Counted from the stretch's first letter, positions 18,653-28,321 are shown. The stretch: DNA of 36,253 nt from a bacterium (GCA_037446635.1 JBBIIG010000018.1:34163-70415), one strand, 5' to 3'. Notes: generated by a model not told the origin, from the sequence alone. A program made the numbers and translations.

Positions 18653-20008
18653 CTATCTTTCATACCGCACCACGTACTCTATCACCACCTCGCCGCTTTT
18701 GGGAATGCTCACCAGAAACTCGATGGTGTAGGCATCCTTTTTGGTGTACTCGTGGGTTTTGCGCAAAATCTCCCAGTCCACCTGCAAGCGCTCGATGACC
18801 GTCACCTCCACCGCTTCTTCTTTGTGATTGCGCAGCTTGATTTCCCAGGTTTCTTCCCAGGAATTTTTACCGATTGCGCGGCGATCTTTTTGCGTGCGCT
18901 CGCCAACAATATCGAACGCATTGCCGACGTTGACGCGCACCTTTTCATCTTTGGGCGTGTGCTCAACAAAATCCTCGCCGATGAACACCAGCGCGGCGTC
19001 ATCATCTTTTTTATAAAGCCGCATTTTGCCGCGCGGCAGCGGTATTCCGAGTCCAAATTCTTTTTTATTTTGGAACTCCAAATTAACGCGCACTTTTTTG
19101 GCGTCGCGGGCGCCGTCGTAACTGTACTTTTTCTCACTTTTGACCTGCGCTGAGGGGAACAACGAAATCTGCTTAATCTGATTGTCGGCGACGGTTGCCG
19201 GACGCTGCAGGGTGTACAAATGATATTCAAAAAACGCCTTCTCCTCAAATTGCTCGATCTGTACTTCGGCAGCCTGATACAACATTTCCTTGCGCATGAA
19301 CGGACGCGGCGGCTCCTGCGCGCGATGGACGTCGCCGGCCACCAATTTCAGTTTCGCGTTTTCGTACCTGGCGCCAGAACGGTTGTCGATGGAAACCCAG
19401 CCGCTGAGGTCCAGTGAAGTGTCATCTTTGTTGGTCACGCCCACGTACTCCGCGTGCCACTGAATGCCGGTAGTCAAGTAACCTACTTCCACCTGCTGCT
19501 CGCCAGCCTGCTCGCTGTTGACGGACCACACCAGCGTCGGCCGGGTGATCAGCCCTTCTGGCAATTTGGGAAAGTCCATATTCTGAACGATATCCATGTT
19601 GACGATTTTGATGCGGCCGTCATCTGCGCGCAGAATGACATCCTTGCCGGAAGCGTTAAGCAACGTCCCGGAAAAACTGATCCCCTCTTTTGCCGAAAGA
19701 GTGATTTGCTGATCGATATACTTCTGTAGAATTTTTGTGGAGCTCACCAGATCATATTCGTAATTCTGTTCGAGTATGGCAACTTTATCCGGCGCGCTGA
19801 GGGACAAAAAATAAACCGAGGTGGGATCGATTTGCGCGGCCACGTCCTGAAATTTGATTTCGCTCACGCCTTTGGCCAACTGCATTTTGCGCACGTCTTT
19901 GACCAGCGCGAGGTTGTCGTTGTAAATGGTGAGGGCGATTTGCTTTTCTTGTGCAAAAACGGCGGTCGCCAGCATCAGCAGACTAAATAGCGAGATTTTC
20001 GTTTTCAT
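18653..20008 (-). CDS. Secreted DUF4139/DUF4140 domain protein
   Basis: Signal peptide; LTIYNDNLALVKD, IDPTSV, LEQNYEYDL, YLTTGIQWHAEY, LKLVAGDV, EYHLYTL and FIGEDFVEHTPKDE motifs. Confidence 0.88.
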   Translation of the reverse strand: MKTKISLFSLLMLATAVFAQEKQIALTIYNDNLALVKDVRKMQLAKGVSEIKFQDVAAQIDPTSVYFLSLSAPDKVAILEQNYEYDLVSSTKILQKYIDQQITLSAKEGISFSGTLLNASGKDVILRADDGRIKIVNMDIVQNMDFPKLPEGLITRPTLVWSVNSEQAGEQQVEVGYLTTGIQWHAEYVGVTNKDDTSLDLSGWVSIDNRSGARYENAKLKLVAGDVHRAQEPPRPFMRKEMLYQAAEVQIEQFEEKAFFEYHLYTLQRPATVADNQIKQISLFPSAQVKSEKKYSYDGARDAKKVRVNLEFQNKKEFGLGIPLPRGKMRLYKKDDDAALVFIGEDFVEHTPKDEKVRVNVGNAFDIVGERTQKDRRAIGKNSWEETWEIKLRNHKEEAVEVTVIERLQVDWEILRKTHEYTKKDAYTIEFLVSIPKSGEVVIEYVVRYER

Positions 20009-20163
20009 TTTTGAAGGAACCTTTCAATCGTTAACAGCAAGCACGACGTCAATAAATTTCTATGTCAATTCTATTCCACTATAAGTGGCTCGCTTCCATC
20101 ATCTCAACTGGTGAAGGGATCTGAAAAACACACGCAGTTTAGTAAAAAAAAACATAAACCGCG

Positions 20164-22842
20164 CTAAACTCCCAAGCTCTCCAAGTTAGACTTCAGCTTT
20201 TCCAAATTTGATTCAAAATCGGCCTTCTTTCTTTTCTCGCGATCAATAACATCGTCGGGCGCTTTCTTCAAAAAATCGGTGCTGTGGAGTTTGTGATTGA
20301 GCGACTCCAGCTGCTGCTCGAGCCGCTTGATCTCTTTTTGCAAACGCGCACGTTCCACCTCAAAATCAATCAGGCCTTCGAGGGGCATGTAAATTTCGAG
20401 GTCGTTCACTACTGCAGCCGCTGACTTTGGCGGCTTCTGCACTTTGGGCCGGCACTCCAAATTCTCGACTTTGGCAAGATGCTCAAAGAACGGTTTATGA
20501 TCGCGAATCAAATCGAGGTTTGTGCCATTCATGCTAGTGACGATCACGCTGGCGAGTTTGGTGTGGGGAATATTCATTTCGCCGCGAATGTTGCGGATGG
20601 CGCCAATCGCGTTCTGAAGGGTCTCCATGTCGCGCTCGGCAGCGTCGCTGATTAGCGCGCGCGTCTCCGCTGGCCACTTGGCAATGACACTGCTTTCGGA
20701 ATCACCGGCGGCGCGCACCTTCATCCAGATCTCTTCGGTAATGAATGGAATGAAGGGATGCAAGAGCTGCAGGATGCCTTTCAACACAAACGTCGCCACG
20801 CCCAACGCGGTGCGTTTTGCAACCGCGTTCTCGGAATGATAGAGACGCGGTTTAATCAGTTCGAGGTGCCAATCGCAAAATTCTTTCCAGAAGAAATTGT
20901 AGATGGCGTCGGTGGCTTCGTGAAATTTGAACAGCTCCAAGCCGCGGGTCACTTTTTTTACGGTCTTTTGATAGCGGCTAAGAATCCAGCGATCGGCCAA
21001 ATTGAGTTCATTTGTCTTCAGCGCTTTTTGAACGAATTCCAGGTTGGCATTCTTTAAGTCAACTTCGTCCAAATTCATCCACAAAAAACGGAAGGCGTTC
21101 CAGAGCTTGTTGGAAAAATTCCGCCCTAACTCAAAATCTTTGGTTGATAAATTGATGTCCTGCCCCTCCGCCGACAAAAGCAGCAACGAGAAGCGCACGG
21201 CGTCGGCGCTGTACTGCTGCACCATCTCCAACGGGTCGATGCCGTTGCCGAGCGACTTGCTCATTTTGCGGCCTTGGGCATCGCGGATGATGCCGTTGAA
21301 ATAAACATCGTGGAACGGAATTTCGCCCATGAACTCGAGGCCCATCATTACCATCCGCGCCACCCAAAAAAAGATGATGTCCGGACCAGTAACCAGGGTG
21401 TCGGTGGGATAGAAATATTTCAGCTCCTTTGTCTCCTCGGGCCAGCCGAGCGTGGCGAACGGCCAAAGCTGGGAGGAGAACCAGGTATCGAGCACATCCG
21501 GATCCTGTTGCAGATTTTTGCTGTTGCATTTCGGACACTGGGTTGGAGGCTCAATCGCTGCGACCACTTCCGAACAGACCTGGCAGTAATGAATGGGGAT
21601 GCGGTGTCCCCACCAGATTTGCCGGCTAATGCACCAATCGTGGATGTTCTCCAGCCAATGAGTAAACACCTTCGTCCAGCGCGCGGGATGGAGCTTGATT
21701 TTGCCGTCTTTCACGGCCTTCAGCGCCGGCTCCGCCAGCGGCTTCATTTTCACGAACCACTGTTCGGAAAGAAACGGTTCTACTGTGGTACCGCAGCGAT
21801 AGCAGTGGCCGACGGCATGTTTGTGATCTTCGACTTTTTCGAGAAAGCCGCCGTTCTTCAAATCCTGCAAGAGATGCTTGCGGGCTTTGAGGCGATCCAT
21901 GCCGGCGTACTTGCCAGCGTGTTCGTTCATGGTGGCGTCTTCCTTCATCACCATCAGCGGCGTTAAATTGTGGCGCTGGCCGATGAGGAAATCGTTGGGG
22001 TCGTGCGCGGGCGTCACTTTCACCGCGCCGGTGCCGAATTCTTTATCCACCATTTCATCGGCGATGATCGGCAGATCGCGTCCCACCACCGGCAAGGTGG
22101 CAGTTTTGCCGATGAGATCTTTGTAGCGCTTGTCTTTGGGATGAACCGCCACCGCCACGTCACCCAACATCGTCTCGGGGCGGGTGGTGGCGACCGTGAT
22201 GAAACGCGTGGTGCCGGAGACCGGATATTTGACGTACCACAGGCAGCCATCCTTTTCCTGGTGTTCGACTTCCTCATCGGAGAGGGCGGTCTGGCAGCGC
22301 GGGCACCAATTGATGATGTACTTGCCGCGATAGATCAAACCTTTGTTATATAAGCGAATAAAAACTTCGAGCACCGCGCGCGACATGCCCTCGTCCATGG
22401 TGAAACGCTCGCGTTCCCAGTCGCACGAAAAGCCCATCTTCTTCAACTGCTCGATGATTTTGCCGCCGCGCAGCTCCTTCCACAGCCACACCATCTCCAC
22501 AAACTTCTCCCGGCCTAAATCGTGGCGCGACTTTTTCTCCTCTTTCATCAGATAGCGTTCCACCACGTTTTGAGTGGCGATGCCGGCGTGGTCGGTGCCA
22601 GGGAGCCACAAAGCCTCCCGTTCGTTCTTGCGGTAAAATCGGATAAGAATATCCTGAAAAAGGTTATTGTAGGCGTGCCCCATGTGCAAAACGTCGGTCA
22701 CGTTTGGCGGCGGAATGACAATCGTGTAGGGCTGTTTTTCGGGATTGACCTCGGCGTGGAAGTAGCGCTTCTCCAGCCAATAATTATAGAGTCGGTCTTC
22801 GACGTTTTTCGGATCATAAGTTTTGGCAATCTCTTCGCGCAT
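20164..22842 (-). CDS. valS: Valine--tRNA ligase
   Basis: PPPNVT..LHMGHA (HIGH), GTDHAGIATQ, DWCISRQIWWGHRIP, DVLDTWFSS, KMSKSLGN and C-terminal coiled coil. ATG 22842 has GGAG upstream. Confidence 0.98.
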   Translation of the reverse strand: MREEIAKTYDPKNVEDRLYNYWLEKRYFHAEVNPEKQPYTIVIPPPNVTDVLHMGHAYNNLFQDILIRFYRKNEREALWLPGTDHAGIATQNVVERYLMKEEKKSRHDLGREKFVEMVWLWKELRGGKIIEQLKKMGFSCDWERERFTMDEGMSRAVLEVFIRLYNKGLIYRGKYIINWCPRCQTALSDEEVEHQEKDGCLWYVKYPVSGTTRFITVATTRPETMLGDVAVAVHPKDKRYKDLIGKTATLPVVGRDLPIIADEMVDKEFGTGAVKVTPAHDPNDFLIGQRHNLTPLMVMKEDATMNEHAGKYAGMDRLKARKHLLQDLKNGGFLEKVEDHKHAVGHCYRCGTTVEPFLSEQWFVKMKPLAEPALKAVKDGKIKLHPARWTKVFTHWLENIHDWCISRQIWWGHRIPIHYCQVCSEVVAAIEPPTQCPKCNSKNLQQDPDVLDTWFSSQLWPFATLGWPEETKELKYFYPTDTLVTGPDIIFFWVARMVMMGLEFMGEIPFHDVYFNGIIRDAQGRKMSKSLGNGIDPLEMVQQYSADAVRFSLLLLSAEGQDINLSTKDFELGRNFSNKLWNAFRFLWMNLDEVDLKNANLEFVQKALKTNELNLADRWILSRYQKTVKKVTRGLELFKFHEATDAIYNFFWKEFCDWHLELIKPRLYHSENAVAKRTALGVATFVLKGILQLLHPFIPFITEEIWMKVRAAGDSESSVIAKWPAETRALISDAAERDMETLQNAIGAIRNIRGEMNIPHTKLASVIVTSMNGTNLDLIRDHKPFFEHLAKVENLECRPKVQKPPKSAAAVVNDLEIYMPLEGLIDFEVERARLQKEIKRLEQQLESLNHKLHSTDFLKKAPDDVIDREKRKKADFESNLEKLKSNLESLGV

Positions 22843-22885
22843 GGGAGCTCCAAATGTGCATACGAAAATCTTTAATTTTGGTGGG

Positions 22886-22914
22886 AATATACAAAGAACA
22901 CGCTCGAATGTCAA
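22886..22914 (-). promoter_or_regulatory. Sigma-70 promoter for valS
   Basis: Minus strand TTGACA-17 bp-TATATT about 45 nt upstream of the ATG. Confidence 0.75.
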
Positions 22915-23020
22915 TGACTAACACAGTAGCGCTGAATGACTCCCGTTTACATGAAAAATATCGAAGAATTTTTTAAGAAGGACTGGAAGGCGAATAGGAC
23001 TTCGGATCAACAGCAAGCAT

Positions 23021-23078
23021 CGGATTCCAATCTGCTTAATTTCGGCAGTGCCGATTCGCTCTGCGGAGTGGAAATCCG
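23021..23078. repeat. Degenerate REP-like palindrome
   Basis: CGGATTCCAATCTGC ... GCGGAGTGGAAATCCG imperfect inverted repeat downstream of the CBS gene. Confidence 0.4.
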
Positions 23079-23127
23079 CGTTCTTCACTGCAGCTTGCTA
23101 AGACGTGAAAATCAAAATTTGCGGACG

Positions 23128-24495
23128 TTATGCGATAAAATCCAACAAGTCCGACTTGGTGATGATGCCTACGATGGCGCCGGCTTTCTCGATGAGCACC
23201 GCCGGATTGTGGCGGGTGAGATGAGTACGGACATTCTCGATGGTCTCCGTCACGCTCACCACTGGGAAACCCTTCCCCATCACTTGCTTCACCGGCGCAC
23301 TCAGCAAGGAGTTGTTTTCGAGCACCTTCGACATCACCTCCCCCTCCTCAATGCTGCCGACGGATTTGGCGCCCTGCATCACCGGCATCTGCGAGATGTT
23401 GAACTGCTTCATTTTTGCCAACGCCTCTCGTACTGTAACGCTTGGCTCGACAAAGATCAGAGTTGGAATGCCGTTGGATTTGACTTCGAGGACGCGCTCG
23501 AGGGAAACTTTTTCGATATCGAAAAAGCGGTTCTCTTTCATCCACTCGTCGGAGTAGAATTTAGAGAGATAATATTTGCCGGTATCCGGCAAAATGACCA
23601 CCAGAGTTTTACCGGCGGGCAAATCTTTGGCGACCTGCAGCGCCACAAACATGGCGCTGCCGGCGGAGCCGCCCACCAACATGCCTTCTTCACGCGCCAA
23701 CCGCCGCGCCGCCAGAAATGAATCTTTATCGGTAACCGAGTGCATCTCATCAATATAATCCCACCACACGGTGCCGGGAATGATCTCCTGTCCGATGCCC
23801 TCCACTTTGTAGGGGTGCCCGTGGATCACTTTGCGGGTGTAAAAATATTCGCGCAGCGCCGACCCCACCGGGTCCGCGCCGACGACGCGAATTTTGGGAT
23901 TTTTTTCTTTGAGAAATTTGGCTGCGCCAGAAATGGTGCCGCCGGTGCCGACGCCGCAAACAAAACAATCGATCTGGCCGTTGGTCTGCTCCCAGATTTC
24001 CGGGCCCGTGGTGCGGTAATGAGAGAGGGGATTTTCCGGATTGAAGTATTGGTTAGCGAGGATCGAGTTGGGGGTTTCGCGCACCACTTTTTCCGCGACG
24101 CTGTGGTAACTCTCCGGCGAGTCGTGCGGCACCGCCGTTGGGCAAATGATGACTTCGGCGCCGTAAGCTTTTAACATGCGCACCTTTTCCTGGCTCATTT
24201 TGTCCGGCATCGTGAAGACGGTTTTATAACCTTTGATGGCCGCCACCAGCGCCAGGCCGGCGCCGGTGTTGCCGGAGGTAGCCTCGACAATGACGCCGCC
24301 GGGCTTGAGGCGCCCGTCTTTTTCCGCGGCTTCAACCATCGCCAGCGCAATGCGATCTTTGACGCTGCCGCCGGGATTGAAAAACTCAACTTTGGCCAAG
24401 ATGGTCGCCGCGATTCCCTTGGCAATGCGATTCAGTTTTACCAGCGGCGTGTCGCCGACGGTTTCCAAAATGTTGTTGTAAATTTTCTTCGACAC
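23128..24495 (-). CDS. Cystathionine beta-synthase (PLP domain plus C-terminal CBS pair)
   Basis: GDTPLVKL, KVEFFNPGGSVKDRIA (PLP lysine), EATSGNTG, GVGTGGTISG, YKVEGIG, and a C-terminal tandem CBS domain (ISQMPV...VGIITKSDLL). Confidence 0.88.
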   Translation of the reverse strand: MSKKIYNNILETVGDTPLVKLNRIAKGIAATILAKVEFFNPGGSVKDRIALAMVEAAEKDGRLKPGGVIVEATSGNTGAGLALVAAIKGYKTVFTMPDKMSQEKVRMLKAYGAEVIICPTAVPHDSPESYHSVAEKVVRETPNSILANQYFNPENPLSHYRTTGPEIWEQTNGQIDCFVCGVGTGGTISGAAKFLKEKNPKIRVVGADPVGSALREYFYTRKVIHGHPYKVEGIGQEIIPGTVWWDYIDEMHSVTDKDSFLAARRLAREEGMLVGGSAGSAMFVALQVAKDLPAGKTLVVILPDTGKYYLSKFYSDEWMKENRFFDIEKVSLERVLEVKSNGIPTLIFVEPSVTVREALAKMKQFNISQMPVMQGAKSVGSIEEGEVMSKVLENNSLLSAPVKQVMGKGFPVVSVTETIENVRTHLTRHNPAVLIEKAGAIVGIITKSDLLDFIA

Positions 24496-24510
24496 TCTAA
24501 CCTCAGAACG

Positions 24511-25056
24511 TTAATAGTAACTTTCGATGACTTGATTGACAAGCGCAGCCAAAACGTTTTTGATGCTCGCCGGCTCGGTTAAATTGCAGAATGTAAATTG
24601 CGCATTCTTCGCCAGATCGAATTCCACGTTAAGTAGGCGCTCGGGCAGGGCGTCATTGGTGTTTTGTACCGCAGCCGCCACCACCATTGGAATACGATAG
24701 CGATCGCTCAACTCATCAACAAAGGGCTTGACGGCTGCCAGAGCTTCGTTGTGATTCCAATTGAACAGCACAATGTATCCCAACAATTTTTTGGACAGCA
24801 GATCCCAGGAGGGGTTCAACTGGTTGCTCAGAAGCCGCAGGCCATAAAGGTGGAGAACCAATTGCTCGTTAATCCGCAATCGGCCAAAAACAAGTTGCTC
24901 GGTTTCCAAAATCACTTCATCGCAAACGGCCTTTACGAATTTGCGGTTGCTTTCCAACCCGGGACCGACGATAGCAATTTCACCGATTCTCATTTGAGTA
25001 TCCGCGATGGCAATAGAAGTGGAACCGGTCGGATCAAAATCAACCGCGGCCTTCAA
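24511..25056 (-). CDS. MglA/CvnD-like small GTPase-fold protein with degenerate P-loop
   Basis: IAIVGP...FVKAV..., FGRLRINEQLVLHLYG and WDLLSKKLLGYIVLFN parallel the conservon GTPase pattern FGRITL...LVLYLFGTPGQ..W..L...ALG, but GKT, PGQ and NKxD are absent. Start uncertain. Confidence 0.6.
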   Translation of the reverse strand: MKAAVDFDPTGSTSIAIADTQMRIGEIAIVGPGLESNRKFVKAVCDEVILETEQLVFGRLRINEQLVLHLYGLRLLSNQLNPSWDLLSKKLLGYIVLFNWNHNEALAAVKPFVDELSDRYRIPMVVAAAVQNTNDALPERLLNVEFDLAKNAQFTFCNLTEPASIKNVLAALVNQVIESYY

Positions 25057-26288
25057 TATAGCATTCCAAAATTATCGTCCTCTTCTTGCGAGCGCTTTTC
25101 AAGAAGCTTTTCGCGAATCATCAACAACTCGCTTTGGTTCAAATAAACGCGATTCTGCTGCGCGCTCAAATCCGACCAGCGTCGGCCGCGCATCCGGCGT
25201 TCCATTCGCCGGCGTTCACTGCGTCGGCGCTCGGCGTGGCCGTTGTTAGGCGATCCAACTTTTTGCTCTAAAAAATTTACAATCAAATTGGCTAAATTTG
25301 CGTGATGATGGTTTGAGCGCCCGTTGACCGGCTTACCATTTTCCTGAACTTCCGCTGCCGGTTTTTCCACGAGAGCGCCGCGGGTAAACAAACCAGCCGC
25401 GATCTGCAGCGCCTTTAAATCGTTAAAGCGGCTGCGCTCCACTAAATCGATTAACCGCGCGTCGGCGGTGATGTGCGACAGAATTTCTTTTTCCTCCTCC
25501 GTGAACTTTTGCTTCTCGAGGTTCGCGCCAATTTTGACCGGCGCTGGCAGCGGCGGCAACATGCGACTGAGCTGCTCCCAACGATCTTTAAAAAGCAAAC
25601 CTTTTTGAATGATTTCCTCGGTAGCGTTCTGTACAATCCGCGGCTGATCGACGGCGCGCAATTCCACCCGGAACGTGCCCTCCGCCCAGGTGATCATGCG
25701 AAAGAGCGCGCTGGGGGCGTCGAGCTGCTCCAAAGAAGCGTCGATGAACTCGCCGTCTTTAAAAAAAATCAATCCCTCCCTGTCGTCATTTTGAATTTTA
25801 ATGATGGCGGATTTTTTTGCGATGTGCAGAGTTTGCAAAACCTCAAGCACGTTCATGTCGGACAATTTTCCGGCAAACCCTTTCGATACGCTGGCAGCGG
25901 TGGACTCAAAGCGCGCGATTTCTTTGAGGACGATCTCGAAGCGCAGCAACAACTCGTTGACATCGAAGGGGATGTTGATGTAATCGTCCACCCCCAGGTT
26001 CATGCTGTGCACCCGCTCTTCCACGGAACGATGCTTGCTCAATAAAAAGAAGGGAATGTGCTGAGTCGCCGATTGCGCTTTGATTTCGCGGTATAGATGG
26101 TGGCCGTCAATTTTGGGCAATTCCACTTCAGCCAAAATCAAGTGCGGACGAAAATCGCGGCTGAGTTGCAGAGCGACAAAACCGTTGTCAACCACCTTCA
26201 CTTCGTAGCCGTTTGCAAGCAACGCCGCGCGCAAATCCTGAATTTGCTGCGGGATTTTAGTTGCAATCAAAATTCGTTTTCTTTCCAT
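25053..26288 (-). CDS. Pseudo-receiver + PATAN/DUF4388 domain protein
   Basis: Receiver fold (PHLILAEVELPKIDG...IPFFLLS...GVDDYINIPF); DUF4388 (FAGKLSDMNVLEVLQTL...G.IFFKDGE..DA...ALFRMITWAEGTF); Arg-rich C-terminal tail. Confidence 0.85.
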   Translation of the reverse strand: MERKRILIATKIPQQIQDLRAALLANGYEVKVVDNGFVALQLSRDFRPHLILAEVELPKIDGHHLYREIKAQSATQHIPFFLLSKHRSVEERVHSMNLGVDDYINIPFDVNELLLRFEIVLKEIARFESTAASVSKGFAGKLSDMNVLEVLQTLHIAKKSAIIKIQNDDREGLIFFKDGEFIDASLEQLDAPSALFRMITWAEGTFRVELRAVDQPRIVQNATEEIIQKGLLFKDRWEQLSRMLPPLPAPVKIGANLEKQKFTEEEKEILSHITADARLIDLVERSRFNDLKALQIAAGLFTRGALVEKPAAEVQENGKPVNGRSNHHHANLANLIVNFLEQKVGSPNNGHAERRRSERRRMERRMRGRRWSDLSAQQNRVYLNQSELLMIREKLLEKRSQEEDDNFGMLY

Positions 26289-26312
26289 TGTTGACAAACC
26301 GAAGAAATGAAA

Positions 26313-28178
26313 TTAGCGGAAGGCAGTGTGAGGCTGAGCCGCGGCGCTGGCAGCGGTTTGTCCGTAGCTCTCGGAATGCGGCAAGGGAGGCCGCAATTGC
26401 TGCAAAAGATGCTTCACCGACTCCGCATCGCGCACATCGATTTCGACGAGTTGTTCGTCTTCCGCGAGCTTCAAGGAGTAGCGAACCACATCCAGCGGGA
26501 TCGTCCTTTTGTGATGGGATTGCACCAAAACGATTACGTGCGGAACGGCAAACTGGCGTTTCAGCGAGTTGATCAAATATGCGGCATAGCCTAAGTTGGA
26601 AAGATTTTGATCGCCGATCAGAATGAGGTAGCCGAGCAAGGTGTCCGACAACGGCTCGAGCATCTGCAAAAATTTTCGTTCCGTCGATACGCCTAAAATT
26701 TCGATGACGCGCCGATTAGGAGTGACGATTTTCGCCAGCTCAAAGGAGAGGGCGCCGTTGCCATCGAGATTTTTGGAAAGGAAATTATTTTGAGACAACA
26801 GCGCAATCAGTTTTTTGCGGCTCTCAGAATCAGAACTGAGAACCACAAATCGTCCCACCGCTCCCACTTGACCATTAAACAACTGATCGAAGTTAGCGCC
26901 AAACTGATTGGTTGGGATTTTGGGCGTCGGCGCCTCTTTCTTCTGGCCGCCATCTGTTACCGCAGCAGCCGGTTTGGGCTCGATTTTAAATTCTTTGGGC
27001 TGCGGTTTCGGAGCATTCGCTTCTAAGCTCGCGAACGGCGCTGGTATTTCTCGCTGGAATTTATTCTCGTTCATGCCGTTGGCGCCCGGCGCTTGATTCT
27101 GCTGCTTTTGATGACTTTTTATTTCGCTTGCTACGGACCCGCGAAGGTTGGGCGTTTGAAACTTTTGAGCCGCGATCTCCGGCAGCGTAATCGTCGAATC
27201 GCCCGGCCGCGGCAAGTGTGGCTGCGGCTCGCCATTGAGCGGTTTGATAAAACCTTGCTGATGAAGCTGAACAATTTTTTCCAGAGTTTTGATGTCATCG
27301 TAGGTGCTTTCAGCGAGGATATCGGAAAGAGAACGCTGACCATCGAACAGCGCAATAAATTTGAGGGCATCAGCAGCGATGGTCTTGCGCCTTAAGATCT
27401 CCTCGAAAATCGCTGTGCGCTCGAAAACCGTATCCAGAGCTGGCAGCAGCTTCAGCAATTTCTCGCGCGTTTCGATCTGTTTGACGCCCTGAACCAAAAG
27501 CCCGAGATTGCTCACGGTGATTTCATCTTCAACATTGATCTCTTTGAGATCCATCACAAAATGGCCGCGCTGCCACGGCAGCATTTGATACACCGCTTTT
27601 TCGGCCTTGAAATTGCCGAGCCGCGCTTTGACTACCGCGCCGTCGCGAAAATAAATTTCACCGCTGCGATTGTTGTGATCGTAAAGCGTGAGCACGCCCG
27701 TCTTCCGCTGCCGGCCATATTCTTCCACCAGCGCTTCCACGCTTTTTTCTTCCAAACGGCCGACGACTTTTTTGTTGGATTCGGACTCCTCGTGGCGCAC
27801 CCGTTCAAGGCGGCGCAGGATCATGTGCAGGCGGGCAATCACCTCTTTTACATGAAGAGGCTTAATCATATAATCTTTGACGCCGGAGCGCAGGCTTTTC
27901 AACCGATCTTCCAGGTTCCGGCGGTTGGTGAGAAAAACCAGCGGAATGGATGCCGCCGCCGGATCTCTTTGAATTTTATCCAGCAGCTCAAAACCGTTTA
28001 AACCAGGAATGTCAACTTCTGAGACGATGATATCGTGCTTTCGAGATTGTATGAGCCCCCAGGCTTCGTTGCCATTGTTGCAGGTTGTGACCCTGAAACC
28101 CGAAGACTCCAAACTTTCTTTGAGAATTTGTAAATTCTTCGGGTCCCCATCAATGACGAGAATATTTGGAGCATCCAT
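26313..28178 (-). CDS. Pseudo-receiver + PATAN/DUF4388 + linker + degenerate GTPase-like C-terminal domain
   Basis: ILVIDGD...DIIVSEVDIPGLNG...DYMIKP (receiver); GRLEEKSVEALV...KTGVL...GEIYFRDGAVVKA...WQRGHF (DUF4388); Pro/Gln-rich linker; C-terminal LLGYLILIG...DVRDAESVKHLL (CvnD/MglA-like). Confidence 0.82.
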   Translation of the reverse strand: MDAPNILVIDGDPKNLQILKESLESSGFRVTTCNNGNEAWGLIQSRKHDIIVSEVDIPGLNGFELLDKIQRDPAAASIPLVFLTNRRNLEDRLKSLRSGVKDYMIKPLHVKEVIARLHMILRRLERVRHEESESNKKVVGRLEEKSVEALVEEYGRQRKTGVLTLYDHNNRSGEIYFRDGAVVKARLGNFKAEKAVYQMLPWQRGHFVMDLKEINVEDEITVSNLGLLVQGVKQIETREKLLKLLPALDTVFERTAIFEEILRRKTIAADALKFIALFDGQRSLSDILAESTYDDIKTLEKIVQLHQQGFIKPLNGEPQPHLPRPGDSTITLPEIAAQKFQTPNLRGSVASEIKSHQKQQNQAPGANGMNENKFQREIPAPFASLEANAPKPQPKEFKIEPKPAAAVTDGGQKKEAPTPKIPTNQFGANFDQLFNGQVGAVGRFVVLSSDSESRKKLIALLSQNNFLSKNLDGNGALSFELAKIVTPNRRVIEILGVSTERKFLQMLEPLSDTLLGYLILIGDQNLSNLGYAAYLINSLKRQFAVPHVIVLVQSHHKRTIPLDVVRYSLKLAEDEQLVEIDVRDAESVKHLLQQLRPPLPHSESYGQTAASAAAQPHTAFR

Positions 28179-28270
28179 CTTTCAATCTGCCTGTCTCTAA
28201 ACGCTAAAACGTGAATCGCAAATCGCTACTGATTCAATCAAGAAGTTGCTGTAATGCTTTAAATATTTTG

Positions 28271-28299
28271 AATATAAAGAAAAACCCCTATCATGTCAA
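28271..28299 (-). promoter_or_regulatory. Sigma-70 promoter for the receiver-PATAN operon
   Basis: Minus strand TTGACA-17 bp-TATATT about 90 nt upstream of ATG 28178. Confidence 0.72.
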
Positions 28300-28321
28300 G
28301 CTAATTTTTGTTAGCAAATAC

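Noticed and set aside
22915..23127. Possible T-box or riboswitch upstream of valS
   Set aside because: No T-box motif was seen, and a strong sigma-70 promoter lies only about 45 nt from the ATG, leaving no room for a structured leader.
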